A DNA stretch of 64,000 bases from NCBI RefSeq assembly GCF_009914755.1, contig NC_060925.1; one strand, 5' to 3'. The notes beneath the pieces were generated by a model. It searched no databases. It saw only the letters and a list, made by a program, of their open reading frames with translations, and was not told the origin of the DNA. Positions 26,206 through 44,030 of this stretch are shown one piece after another. Each line of letters opens with the position of its first letter. The stretch's first letter is position 1. The DNA is from the human T2T-CHM13v2.0 reference genome, Homo sapiens. The position numbers and the translations under genes are program-made.

Positions 26206-28489
26206 CATTTATTTATAGACTACACACGGTGGAATCTTGTGCTGGTTGCTATGGGGAGGTGGAGGGGCAGTAAGAATACAAAGGAACGAGTTTCTGTCCA
26301 GGTGGAGGTAAAATATAAACACGACATTTTAAAATTACGATGGAATACTCTTGATAAATTGTGCTATTTTAGACTGAATACATAAGCACTGTGTTGTGGG
26401 TGGAGATGAGTTGATCTGGAAAGGAACAGCTTGCCCATCTAAGGTGGGGTGGTGGCTGGAATCAGAGTGGCTTAAGCTGGACCTGAAAGGCCTCACCACA
26501 GCCCCTGCGCAGCAGAAGGACCTCCCCACCCACTGCCCTAGATTACTACTGGACAAATGCAGTGCCAGCTATTGCCTGGAGATGTGTATACAAGGCTTGT
26601 TTGGAGCTGTTATTTTGCATTGTTTTGGTATTCTTGTAATTCCTATGAAATTTTTTTCACTTGTATGTAGTGTGTTTCTAGTCTCCCCATCCAGACTGGA
26701 GAGCTGGATCCTCACCTTCTGTTTCTGTTTTGCTGGAATATAAAGAATGGAGGAAAAATTTCAAGACATTATTAAGGAAAAAATGATAGAATTTGATGAT
26801 TAATTGGGTATTGGGAAGGAGGAAGCTAGGTAGGAGAACAAAGATAGTTATAATGTTTCTAACCTGACAAGGAAAATACTGCCTTAAACAGGTGAGGAAG
26901 TTGGGAAGGGAGGCCAAGAAGCTGATTTTTAGGAGAAAATATGAACTCCATTTTTAATGTGCTTAATTTGAAGTGAAGTCTGGGTTTGGGCAGTGCTAAA
27001 GGGTGGATTAATGGGTTTAGGACTTCCATAACTTCCTCTCCTTTGATATGGATGAGTGACAGTTTTCTGATCATCTGTAAACACAGCTTCAAACATCCTA
27101 TCAACTAGCCCCTCATATACAGAAATTCGGAAGCCACTTATGGGTCAAGATATCCTCATGGAAATGGCCTAGAGGCAGTTTGAAGACCATTTTGCTTTCT
27201 ACTAAGGGCTGCTGTGCCTCGCTTTATTTAAAAAATACATTCCTCCAAATGCGAAGATTTGATACCCAAAGAAGAACCAATAAGAAGATGTAAAAGTCAG
27301 TGATGCTTGCAAACACAATAGCAATCCTTCAATAACTAAACAGACTAAATTGGGAGATTTTTAGACCCATATAAAAACAGGTTCAACTCATAGCCGCTTC
27401 TGAAAACCTACTTTGTGCCTGCATTTCAGCCATTTCCCAGACAATGTGCTTTATTCCCTCCTGGTGGGTGGTTGGGGGCGGGGCAGAGGGGGCAGGGAGT
27501 ACATTTTCCAGGTTCTAGAGAAGTTATAATCATGTTCTCTGGAGAGAGTAATATTTACCACACAGCAGAACACTTCAGTCAGACTTTGTTTCCCTCTAAC
27601 ATTGTATAGGCAAAAGACTTTGGTACCTCAACTCGAGCTTTTTCCCTTTTCATCTGGTTGTCCTAGTAGAGTGTCAACACAGGCAGGAATAGATTAAAAT
27701 GAAGGGACACTATACTGTTATTCACCAACACCCCTGGAGGCTGTGGCCCTGGGTTGAGTAAGACGGCTTGGCTTTCTCTTCTTAATGTTTGAGAAATCTC
27801 CTGATAACTTGCTTAGTATCCAAACTGACTAAACCCAGCATACTTTAAAGATGAGAGAATAATGCTCTTTTTGGAAAAGAGACTGCCAATTTGAATGAAA
27901 GTCAAGGGCTTCAGACAAACTGCAATCTCAAAGCCCTCTGGACCTCTCCTTGCTTTTAATGAAAGTTTAAAATGATCTTGTAAGATTCTCGTAAAAACTG
28001 CTAAACACAAACGTACTTCTGAATTTTGGTAATCAAAAATCATGAGTGTATAAAGCTGTACCTTGCTTGGAAAGATAAAATAACAAAACCCTGTGAAAAC
28101 CACATTATATTTGACTTTGGCTGACAGTAAATCACTTCTAATGTTCAATCTTAAAACTGATGGGGAAATCTCTCAAAACATAAATGAATAATTATTACAA
28201 ATATGAAGTGAAATCTCTACCAACAACATGAAGGCCAAGGTTTGATTTCTCAGCTGCTCTCAAAGGAACAGGCAGTGGAACAAAGAATAAACAACTGACA
28301 ATGCAGCAATAAAGCCCAGAAATAGCACTAAAGTCTCAGAGGTGTGAGGGAAACCATATGAAAGAAATGGTCAGAGCAGGAAACCCACGTAGCAGCAAAG
28401 GGGAAACAGGAACAGTGCAGAGAGTGAAACTGTACAGTAAGAGGCTGGGAACAGTCACTGAATTTTTATATTTGTTAATTTAAAGAATA

Positions 28490-28810
<321 letters not shown>

Positions 28811-29759
28811 CTAGCAGCAAAAGGAACTTATTTTTCTTGGAGGCTGGAAACTGGGTCTAAGTTCTCCAGTTATGCCTGGAAATTCAATCTAGAAATAAAG
28901 GCACTGCTATCTATACAGAAACACTCATTAAAAGCATCTGTGAATTTCTTGGGTGCAGTGCTATATAATGTTAATACCAGAAATTGTTGAAGGCTCAGGT
29001 AGTCAGTGTTAAGACTTTAGACTGAATGCCCATTCTTTCTTTAGCCCTTCTACTCTTGGGGCTGGAGATGGTAATTAAAGCACAATGTACAGAAAATTTG
29101 AAAAAAAGAATTTAATTTAAAAGTATGTTTTTATGACTCTCTCCATTACTCATCCCTAAACATGCCGGCCAGTAGAGCATTTTGAAAGGATCACACACCT
29201 AATGAGTTTTAGGATGACAGTTCAGGGACTGGCCCTTAAAAGTTACTGTGTGATGTTGGAGAAGTTACTAAACCTCTCTGGGCCTCACTTTCCACATCTT
29301 CTCAGTGATGGGGTGTACATGATAGCTTCTTAACTGGAGTTAAAAGGTGAGTACAGGAGATGGAGCTGCCTAGTGCATATTCTCAGACAGGGCCTTTCAG
29401 GCCTCCTGTACTTGGGGTCACCAAGAATCCAGAGCTGAGTTCTCAACTTGCAAATTCAGAAACCACTTTTGAATTATTTCACCTAGGCGAACTCATTCAT
29501 ATGGACACAAAAAGGACTCATTTGCCAGCTGGACTTCCAGTTTGTTCACTTTCTCTGTCTCGGGTTAAAGCTCATTGCACAGGTCCTTCCTCCTTCCCTC
29601 TTCGTAGGCAGAACCTCACGGAAGGAAGGTTGCATGAGGACGGAACTAGGCTGCAGGAGCTGGAACTTCTGTGGAAGGGAGCATTTCCAGGCTCTCTTCT
29701 AGACTGTAAAATTATCTTGCCTTTCTCCAAACAGCCACTCTGCCCTCCTGTTCCTGAGT

Positions 29760-30380
29760 TGTACTCCATTTTACTGCCAGAGTGATCTTTTTGAAATCCA
29801 GATCTAGTCCTTGCAAAATACACATCCTCCACCACCCCCACGCCATCACGGCTGAGATCTTGCAGTGGCCTCCCAGTGCTAGGAGAAGGAGAACCAAACT
29901 TGGGTGCACACGGCCGGACCAGATCTGATCTGCCTCTGGCTGCTGTCCCCAGCCTCATGATGTCGCTCCACCAGATAAAGAGGGGACTGGCCTTTCTGAC
30001 CACCATGAATCTACACACTCCCTCCTGCCAGAAGGCCTGTGCACACAGTGTTCTCACCCCGGGACACTCTTTCCTCCCTTCGTCCCCACGTTAATTCTTG
30101 CTCGTTCTTCAGCTCTCAGCTCAAGGGTCACTTCCTCAGGAGGTCTTCCCTGATTCCCCTGACCAGGTCAGATCGTTCTAGAACAAGCTCTCTCAGTTCA
30201 TTGCCCGGCTCTTTTGTGGCATTTAGCAAAGATGCAATTTTACATTAAACCAAATATTTGATTGGATTGTAAGCTCTGTGAGGGCAGGGACAGTGTGTAC
30301 ATTTGCTCACCGTTATGTCCTTAGCCAGCTTGGCACATGGAGGGTACTCAGTAAATATTTGTTGAATGAATGAATGTTGA
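29760..30380 (+). mobile_element. L2 3' region
   Basis: gccagagtgatctttttgaaat...tgtaagctctgtgagggcagggac...ctcagtaaatatttgttgaatgaatgaatg. Confidence 0.75.
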
Positions 30381-30408
30381 TGAATTTACTTTTCCCAACT
30401 TAGTATTT

Positions 30409-30540
30409 CTTTTTTTTTTCAGTGGAGACAGGGGTTTCACCATGTTGGCTGGGCTGGTCTTGAACTCCTGACCTCAGGAGATCTACCCGCCTTGGCCTCC
30501 CAAAGTGCTGGGATTACAGGTGTGAGTCACTGCTCCCGCC
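30409..30540 (-). mobile_element. Alu left-arm fragment
   Basis: gggtttcaccatgttggc...gattacaggtgtgag. Confidence 0.85.
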
Positions 30541-30908
30541 AACTTGGTATTTCATGCATTCATTCCACAGGTCCTTAGTGAAACTCCATGATCTCCTATC
30601 TATACTAGAACACCAGAAACAGAGGCTCTGTTTCCTCTGGACAGTGTAGAAAACATCATGGCACATTCTTTAGTTAATTAGCTCACTTTTTCTTTACTTC
30701 AAGCAGACTACCGCCCTCTGTTGTGATATTATCTCACACAACATGCAATTATTGGATGAAACTGGGACTCACCCTTGAAATCTGCCATGATAACATTCCA
30801 GGTTCCCATACAGTTTTCAGAACACTTACCTGAGCTTCCTGATGATACAGATTATGGACTGACACCCCAAGAAGTTAAGGAATTTGCTCAAGACCCTACA
30901 GCTTGTGA

Positions 30909-31417
<509 letters not shown>

Positions 31418-31628
31418 TGACACCTCTTTAACAGGTCACTCCAAGTTCTGATTCTCTAGTGATGTGTTCCAAAATTGGGTCCCATTCACACATAGTTCTG
31501 TAGGAAGAATTAGTTAATTTTTCTGCCTCCCACTTTTATCTATTTTTTACTTTCAATTCTTTAACAACCTGAATATCCTTCAAAGGGCTAGTGTTAGTAA
31601 AAATACTGTCCCCTCAGTCTGTGAGTTC

Positions 31629-31790
31629 AGTGCTTCTGGTACTTGAATGTGCACACAAATCACCTGGGAACTCATGAAAATGCAGATTCTGATTCAGTAG
31701 GCCAGCAGTGGGACCTGAGATTGCATTTCTAACAAGCTCCTAGGCAATGCCTGTGTAGATGGCCCCCAGAACACATTTTGAGTACCCAGG
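31629..31790. mobile_element. MER5-type hAT DNA element
   Basis: aatcacctggg...aaaatgcagattctgattcagtagg...tgcatttctaacaagctcc. Confidence 0.8.
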
Positions 31791-31891
31791 CATTATAAGC
31801 CCATACTTTTTAACTCTGGAGAGAGGATATTATCTGGAGTTCATATAAAAAATATTTTTTAAAAGTATCCCCACACTTATGAATTTATTAA

Positions 31892-32194
<303 letters not shown>

Positions 32195-32252
32195 TAATTT
32201 TACTTTTTATTTTTTATTAATCTGTCATCATTTGAATTTTATTTTCAAATGA

Positions 32253-32474
<222 letters not shown>

Positions 32475-33781
32475 TGAAATCAAATGTCTTATTCTTGTGG
32501 GAAAGCACTTTTTAAAAAACAGTCAAATTCCAGGTGCAAATAAGCATTTCAGGTTTTGCTTATACTGTGTTACAGAAAAATAATTATGGTTTTTGACAAC
32601 ATTTTGTTACTCTGACTAGCATTAATGGCTCCTGAAGCCTGACTAGTAACTAAGGACCCAGAGTACTGCTGGGGGTCTCTCGTGCTCAAACCTTCCATTA
32701 TTCAACAGGAAATGTCTTTCACATCAGGTGTTACTGAATGAATCCTCAAAGGTAGCCTAAAAGACTAAAAATGAATAAGCATGTTTAATATTCAGCTTGT
32801 GGCAGGAGCAGCACCAGCAGTAGTCACCAAGAAGTGTAGGTAGGAAGTGAGAATAGAGACACTTCTTTCTGCCTGTCTGCTGATTCTGGAGGAAGAGAGC
32901 AAAGATCTAACATCATCGTAGTTGTCTCTACAGCCCGTTCCCTGGGAATACTTGATAGTGACTTCACTTACGCTTTATGTTAGCTTTGAGGGTTACTCCA
33001 TCATAAAGTCAGAGTTGATATTATCAAGAGAGATATTATCCTCAAAGTGTCTTTACCTTAGAAGCAACCACAATCAAAACAATAAGGAATTGTGTTTCTA
33101 GGCGCTGTCCATGCAAGTGTCTCCAAATTTTGAGTGCAATCCTTTAATGGAAAAACCAGTGCCTGCTAAACTGGAGCAAATGGAGATTGTCTTATCTCTC
33201 AGTTGCCCCCTGGTTTGCAACATAGGAAGATGGAAGAGATAAATCTAATGGAAAAAAAGAGTCTGCCTCCACACATTGGGATGAAAAGAGGGACAAGCTA
33301 TGAAGTATTCCTTTCTCTTTCTGTAGCCAGACCTCTGTGGTCCAGGCCTGCATCATCATTCTCAGCAATTATGTGAGCATTTCCTAATAAGGTTTCTGTT
33401 CCCCCTTTCTTCTTCTATTTTACACAGTCCTTTCCAATTAATATTCTCATGCATCAATATTCACGTGCTGCTCTTGCTCAAGAACTCCCAGTACCTGCCC
33501 ATTACCTGAAGAATGAAGTACAATATTTTATTCAGGTATTTAAAATATTCCACATGTGACCTTAACTTGTCTATCCAAAGTCATCTCTCATGACCGCTCA
33601 ATACAAGCTCTCCATTCAAGTCCAATTATCCTCAGTGATGGTTCCAAGTTACCCACTGGCTCTGTGTCTTCATTTTCTCAATGGGGATGAAATTCATAAC
33701 CTATCTCATTGGCTTGTTATGAGTCAGATGAGTTGATACATATAAGATGCTTAGGACAATGCCTGGCACATGGAAAGGGCT

Positions 33782-34227
33782 TATAATGGGTTGAATGATA
33801 GCCTCCAAAAAGATATGTCTGTGTCCTAATTTCTGAAATTTGTGAATGTTACCTTATTTGGGAAGAGACTTTTGCAGATGTAATTAAGTATCTTGAGATG
33901 AAGCACTCATCCTGGATGATCTAGGTGGGCCCTAAATTCAGTGAAAAGTGTCCTCATAAGAGAGTTACAAAGGACAAAGGAGAAGACCATGTGAAGATTG
34001 GGGCAGAGATGGCAGTGAGGCAGCCACAAACCAAGGAATGCCACCAGCCAACGGAAGTTGGAAAAGGCAAGAAAGGATTCTCCCCTATGCCTCTGGAGGG
34101 AGCAGGGCCCAGCCAACACCTTGAATTTAGACTTCTGGCCTCCAGGACTCTGAGACAATAAATTTCTGTTGTTTTAAGTAGTCGATTTTGGAGTAATTTG
34201 TTAGAGCCACCACAGGAAACTAATACG
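33782..34227 (+). mobile_element. MLT1C-like MaLR solo LTR
   Basis: atgggttgaat...gaatgttaccttatttgg...tttgcagatgtaattaag...gacttctggcctccag...aataaatttctgttgttttaag...ggaaactaatac. Confidence 0.88.
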
Positions 34228-34325
34228 GTTTCATAGCTAATAAATATTTAATAGCTAAATTTTAGCCATTCTTATTAAAGAGCGCTGAACATATATCTTC
34301 CTTCTCCCCACAGCATTTTTATCTA

Positions 34326-34745
<420 letters not shown>

Positions 34746-35452
34746 CTACCCCTACCACTTCTCTTGGTGCCACACACCCACAATAGCTTTTCCTGACTGT
34801 CGTATTCCATAAAGTATACTTTTCATTTGCTGCCCTGTAATGTATCCCTTTTGTGTGTCTCTCTCCCAGCTCCCCAAAGCTACTTGAGGACAGGGATCAT
34901 TGCTTTTATCTTTCTGTATCCTCAGGGTCTAGCACATGGTAGTGACTCAAGTCTATGGCAACAATAATAATCTTATTGTCAAAAGTTGTCTACTAATTTG
35001 TTACTCATTCCATAGTTTCCTCAAGCCCTAGCGTGTGTTGTATCAAAGACAGCAGTTTGTTCCTCGCCTTTCCCATCTGCCAATGAGCCTTCTAGTTCCA
35101 GAAGATTTCACATATATATCGCAAATGAAAGGTGAGCTTGAACAGGTTAATCCTTCTGCTGGGTAGACTTGTGTTGAAATAATTAGGCTATAGGCCCATG
35201 CCTGGAGATCTTTTCCTTACACATATGGAGATGTTGGTTTTCCTGGTGTTTCTCACAGTGGAATTACTCTGTTATTTGTTTACTCATGAGCCTGTTTTCT
35301 TTGTGACCCAGGTAGCTCTTCATGTTGGTTGGTGAACCCCTGAACTACAGGGAGCCAGCTCTGCCTTGAGCTTCTCCTGTTGAACGACGGTTATTCTCAT
35401 GGCTCAACGCAGGGCATTTTTCCCCATCTCCAGTCAAGAACGCAGGGTCTTG

Positions 35453-35714
<262 letters not shown>

Positions 35715-36032
35715 CTAAAGAACTCAGGGTCTGACCACCACTCAGTAATGTGATATCAGACTGGCCAAAAAAAACCCCAAACTTATTTGGACATATTCTC
35801 AAACTTAGAATAAGTTTCAAGAAACATCCCTTTTAGATTAAAGGAGGAAAAAGGGATAAGATAAACATATACCCTTTACCTACTTTTACCTATTGTTAGC
35901 ATTTTACCCCATTTGCTTTAGCTATTTTTGCATTCTCTTTCTCTCTCTTTTGAACCATATGAGGGTAAGTTACATACATCATGATCCTTCACTTCTGAAT
36001 ACCTTAGTGTGCAATTCATAAAAGTAGGAATA

Positions 36033-36099
36033 GGCCAACTCTGGGCACATTGCCTGTGAGTTAGCCCTGTTCCACATGGAGTAGAGAAAAAAATAAAAA
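36033..36099 (+). mobile_element. Short A-tailed hairpin retrocopy (LTR-like body) with TSD
   Basis: 52-nt body plus A-rich tail between taaaagtaggaata (36019-36032) and taaaaataggaata (36100-36113). Confidence 0.75.
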
Positions 36100-36340
36100 T
36101 AAAAATAGGAATATTCTCTTACATAACCACAGTACATTTATCAGCCTCACAATTTTACATCGGTACTGCCTATATTCCAATGTTGTCAGTTGATCTAATG
36201 GTGTATTTTATAGAATTATCCTCTTCTCCCCACTCCTGTGCAGCACTGAGTCTAGGGTCAGGCTTACATCTAGTTGTCTTATCCCTTCTTATCCCTTTTA
36301 CCTCCTTTAATCTGGAACATTTCCATAGCCTTTCTTTGTC

Positions 36341-36631
36341 TTTTTTTTGAGACAGAGTCTTGCTCTGTTGCTCAGGCTGGAGTGCAGTTGCACAATCCTG
36401 GCTCACCGCAACTTCCTCCTCCTGGGTTCCAGCGATCCTCAGCCTCCTGAGTAGCTGGGACTACAGTCATGTGCCACCACACCCGGCTAATTTGTGTATT
36501 TTTAGTAGAGATGGGGTTTCGCCATGTTGGCCAGGATGGTCATGAACTCCTGGCCTCAAGTGATCCATCCATCTGCCTCGGCCTCCCTCCCAAAGTGCTG
36601 GGATTACAGGTGTAAGCCCCTACCCCTGGCC
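36341..36631 (-). mobile_element. Alu
   Basis: Full Alu; TSD ctttgtct. Confidence 0.88.
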
Positions 36632-37344
36632 CTTTGTCTCTTATGATGTTGATATTTTTTAAGAATACAGTGCCCCTCATCTTTTTTTTTTTTTTAAATA
36701 GAACATTCCTATTTTGTTTGTTATGTATTCTTGGCTAGAATATTGCAAAAATTAACATTGTGTCCTTCTAAGGATATCATGCTGGAGGCACACAAGTTTC
36801 ATCTGCCCCTTACTGGTAAATGTAAATTTGTATCACCCTGTCAAGGTGTTGCCCAGTTTCTCCACTGGGTAATTAATTTTTTTCTCCCTTCAACTAATAA
36901 GCAGTCTTTGGGGAGATACTTTTAAGACCATGCAAATAGCTTGTTCTTCAACATTTCCTCCTTTGATTTAGCATCTATTGATAATTCCTGCCTGATCCCA
37001 TGTTTACTACAATGATTTCCAAAATGATGATGTTCTGGCTCCAGCAGTTCCTCCCCATTTCCTAGCCAACTCTCAATATTCTGCTGTAAGCAAGAGCCCT
37101 CCCTTCTCCCCATTTACTTATTTACCTATTATCAGTAAGGACTTACAAATGCCTATTTTTTTAGTGCTTTATAATTCATTACTGACTTAATTTTGGTGCT
37201 TAATTTGTCCCAGATTTTCCCAGTGGGAACTTCTTCAAGCTGGCTCTTAGGTTAGGTAGATATTTAATGGAGGTTTCTTGATTATGATTGGATGATAAAA
37301 TACAAGATGTTAATAGTTATTCTATGCACTCTAGCATAATAGGT

Positions 37345-37880
<536 letters not shown>

Positions 37881-38031
37881 CAAACGTGATAGATGTGGGC
37901 AAGGGCCATATTTTATTTCCCCTTATTATAGCTTATGTATGGTATAGGTTGTCTCAATTGCTATTGCTGTTTCCTACAGCCACCATCGAAAGGTCTCCCC
38001 AAATTCATATCTACCTGCCCTTTTACAAAAC

Positions 38032-38157
38032 TTTTTTTTTTTTTTTGTAGAGTTGGGGTGGGAGGGGTTTCTCTATGTTGCCCAGGCTGGTCTTGAACTC
38101 CTGGGCTCAAACAATCAGCCCAGTCAGGATTACAGGAGTGAGCCACCATGTCTGCCC
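38032..38157 (-). mobile_element. FLAM / left Alu monomer
   Basis: tatgttgcccaggctggtcttgaactcctgggctcaa. Confidence 0.75.
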
Positions 38158-38982
38158 TACAATTCATTTTAGTTAATTGAATTGTTGAATGTTGTAGGTC
38201 TCAAGGGACCCAGAGATAATCTAGCGTCACTGCTCTTTTGTTGGGATGTGGAGTATGACTTGAGAGGTTAAATGGTTTGTTTCAGGTCACCCAGGAAAGG
38301 TGAAAGAGCGAGGAGGGGTGCCCGATTTTCCCCTGCACACTTCGCATGCCATACCCTATCTCCACTGCCATCAAGAGCAATATTCATTTGGTTTCTTTTC
38401 CCAGTCAAGGGGTATTATTCAGAGCATCAGTGGGAAAGCGTCTCATTTTCTGCATGACTCATCCTCATTCCAAGATTAACATGCTCCACTTTCATTCTTT
38501 GCCTCCCACTCAGTTTCACATCCAGCCAGAGCCTTGAGAGCCTCCATGCCCACCCAATCTGCCTCCTGCTCCCACCCTGTTCTGCCTCTTCTCCGGTTCT
38601 GCTTTTACCTCCTTGCCCTACACTGTCCCACCACCCTCAGATTCCACCGACCACTTTGGTTGGACTCTGGTTTAAGAAAGGCATGTCTTCCTGAAATACC
38701 ACTCTGATCTATGTTGAAAATAGCTTAAAGAAATATACTTAAGTTGCAGCAGATATACAGGGACAAGTGTTTGTCCATATACTTCTGACATTCCATTCAG
38801 GTCCAAGCATTATAGCAAAAAGCATGCATTTCTGGACATATCTATTTTATTTCAACCTCCTCTAAAAAAAAAACATTAGGGGTTCTTCTGATGTACTGGG
38901 ATGTTGTTGAACAAAATAAATGTGCCATTGGCTAAGGCTTGTGGGATCTTTATATTGTGCCAAGACTTTCAACTTCTTACTG

Positions 38983-39346
<364 letters not shown>

Positions 39347-39354
39347 CTAGTAAA

Positions 39355-39548
39355 ATACTGAGATATTTACAGATGGAATGATATGATGTCTGGGATTTGC
39401 TTCAAAACAATCCAGGAGGTAGGGAAATGTGGGGGATGGTATATATAGATAAAGCAAGATTGGCCATGAATTGATAAAGTGATGAGTGCACGAGGTTTCT
39501 GTAACTTTCTGTATGATTGAAATGATCTGTAATAAAAAGTTTTTAAAT
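39355..39548 (+). mobile_element. L1MC/ME 3' end
   Basis: atgatatgatgtctgggatttgcttcaaaacaatcc...caagattggccatgaattgata...taataaaaagtt. Confidence 0.75.
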
Positions 39549-39650
39549 GCTAGTTTAAATTTTCATAATTATCTTATTCCCTTTTCTTTTCTTTTTTTTT
39601 TTTTTTATTCCGCCTCTCGAAAATGTATCCTGTCTTGAAAGCTAGTTTGG

Positions 39651-40266
<616 letters not shown>

Positions 40267-40611
40267 CACGTTAGGGTTGTGCACCCTCTACTAAGAGCTG
40301 GCTGACTAGTTTAATTCACCAATTGCAGAATTTCTGTTGTATTTAAGGTCTGCTCCATACCACTTGGAATCTAAACATATTTCTCTGCATCAGCCTCTGG
40401 TTGTTTCCTGTGGGTTAGTCTTGTGTCCCCACTACCCTGGACACTTTTTGAGGGCAGAGTTTAAGCCTTATACGTTGGGATAAGTCCTATACTCGCTGGC
40501 ATCAAGCTGGGCTCAGTAATGCTTCCTAGTTGATGGACATGCTTGTTGGTAGATTAGAAAAGATTGATTAAAAGTGTTTTGAAGAGTGGTTGATGCAAAG
40601 AACAGGCTATA

Positions 40612-40851
40612 GGTCTCTCTCTCGCTCTATATATATGTATATATATACATATGTGTGTGTATATATGTATATATACATGTGTGTGTATATATATGTATAT
40701 ATACGTGTGTGTGTATATATGTGTGTATATGTGTGTATATATGTATATATGTGTATATATACGTGTGTATATATATGTATATATATGTGTATATATACAT
40801 ATGTGTGTGTGTGTGTATATATGTGTGTATATGTGTATATATATGTATATA
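40612..40851. repeat. Compound (TA)/(TG) microsatellite
   Basis: ~230 bp of alternating tata/tgtg units. Confidence 0.95.
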
Positions 40852-40913
40852 ATTTTTTTTTTTAGGTGGAGTCTGTCACCCAGGTTGGAGTGCAGTGGTA
40901 CTATCTCAGCTCA

Positions 40914-41418
<505 letters not shown>

Positions 41419-41897
41419 TCAATAAAATAAAACTCTGTATGTGGGAATAATCTTAGAACTCTGTTATCTCCTCCCACTGTACAGTCTAATTGAAGGAGGC
41501 AGTAGGGTGGGAAAATATCAAAAAGACAATGTCAGTTGTTAGTTTTCAAAATTTTGCCTGGGGAGCCATGTAAGAACCATTTCATTTTAGGCTTGTCCAT
41601 ACTGGTTTAATGCAGGGTGAGAGTCAAGTTCAAAGGGGATCTCATTTAGCAGTAGTTTGCTTATTAGTTTCCTCATATGCAATGATCTTTCAAAATGCTT
41701 AGAACTGGGGCTTTTTCAGACCAGAGAAAGAGTTGGAAAGAGTTCAAAAGAAGCTTCTCCATCTTTCTTCTCCCAACTGGGGAGCACAATGCAATCATCC
41801 CTATAACCAGACCTTCTCCCATCATCAGTAAGTTCTCCTGGGAGGGACACAACACAGTCTCCCTCTGGATCAGATTCCATTTAAATAACAGCTGTTC

Positions 41898-42118
41898 AGG
41901 CTGGGCAACATGGCACAGCCCTTTCTCTACAAAAAATACAAAAATTACCCAGGTGTGGTGGCTTACACCTGTGGTCCAGCTACTTGGGAGGCTGAGGTGG
42001 GAGGATTGCTTGAGCCCGGGAGGCAGAGGTTGCAGTGAGCTGAGACTGCTGAGATTGTGCCGCTTCCCTGCAGTGTGGGCAACAGAAAGAGACCCAGTCT
42101 CTAAATAAATAAATAAAT
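41898..42118 (+). mobile_element. 5'-truncated AluJ
   Basis: Partial left arm plus right arm plus (TAAA)n tail. Confidence 0.85.
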
Positions 42119-43076
42119 ACTGTCAGAAATCAGAAATGATACCTTCCATCAGCCTACCCTAACACCCTTCACCCTGAAGCTTACTATGGTCATGAATACT
42201 ATTGCTCATTATCTTCTGTATTTGTGTTCCATTGACTTATCTCTCTGTCTCTCTTCTCCGGAGAGGGTGGATCAAAGAAATGCAGAGTATAAAAGAGCCA
42301 AAAATTCAGAAACGTCTGCCTTTGCCTGCTGCAGCCCCCCACAGAGCCTCTCCAAGGGTATTGTTCAAGCCTTCTCAGGAGCCAACTCTTAAATAGAACA
42401 AGCAATAGAGAAACACTGTCTCTCCATTAAACACTAGTTGGGAAGGTAGAAAGGGCAACAACAAGAGATTTTGGTTAGATTTAAGGAAGAACTGTGAGGA
42501 AGGGAGAACTTGAAGCAAGAGGTTGGAGTCATTGTGAAGCCTTTGCCCCCAGTTGTTAGTCTTGGACGGTTTCATTGTCCACCTGCAGTGAAGCAAATGA
42601 ACCAAATGACCTCTTGAAATCCCTTTCAGCTATAGTGTCCTTTGATTCTAGAATCCCAGCAAGTTTCCCTTCTGCTCTGGTTGTACTCTGAAGTCCATGT
42701 GAATGACCCTGGCTGGCCTTTAATGGCTGGGTCCCTAGAATTTCTCAACTGTAAAACACAGGTGGCTGTAACGGGTGACAAATCCAGGTTTCCAGGAAGC
42801 TGGAAGACTTGCAGTTGCCAGGTATCTGCTACATAGCCCGGCACTTTTGAGATGGTTGATGATGGTATGTAGCTCAGCTAATCAACATAGGCCCAGTGTA
42901 GAGAGATTGAGCAGAAGTTCTCCAGAGTAGCCAAGGATGTTTTTCTCCAGGAGAATGCATTTAAGTGTTCTTTTGGGTGTCCTGTGAATAAAGGGCCTAC
43001 TTTTCCAAAAGAGAGTTCTGAGCAGCTTACATTCCATTTCCCCAACACCCTGAAGTGCCTTCTAACTACAGCATGA

Positions 43077-43414
<338 letters not shown>

Positions 43415-43707
43415 AACAAATATGTATTTCTTGACCGATGTTATGGGATGTGTCTCCTGCATTCAATGAAAATGTCAAACTCGATGGCTTTGGGGAAATG
43501 ACTAGGAAAGGACAGCAGCAGAGAGATCCTTCTGGGAAGTTATAGCATAAATAGAGAGTTGGGTTTTGTAAACCAGCAATCACAACCACAAACCACAAGG
43601 CATTAAGAGTGCACAGGAACAGGGAGATGTGCGTCACACATTTCTCTAATGTCTGCTATGGTGGAATACACAAAACAAGTGGCCTTATCTTTGAAAATGA
43701 AAGACAG

Positions 43708-44030
<323 letters not shown>

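Larger units (their letters stand above)
35870..37250 (-). mobile_element. Old L1 (L1MC-like) 3' region with internal insertions
   Basis: aatattctcttacataaccacagtac...ctttaatctggaacatttcc...gtcccagattttcccagtgggaac. Confidence 0.65.

Noticed and set aside
30709-30724. CTCF-like ccgccctctgttgt
   Set aside because: Two mismatches in the core; insufficient without ChIP data
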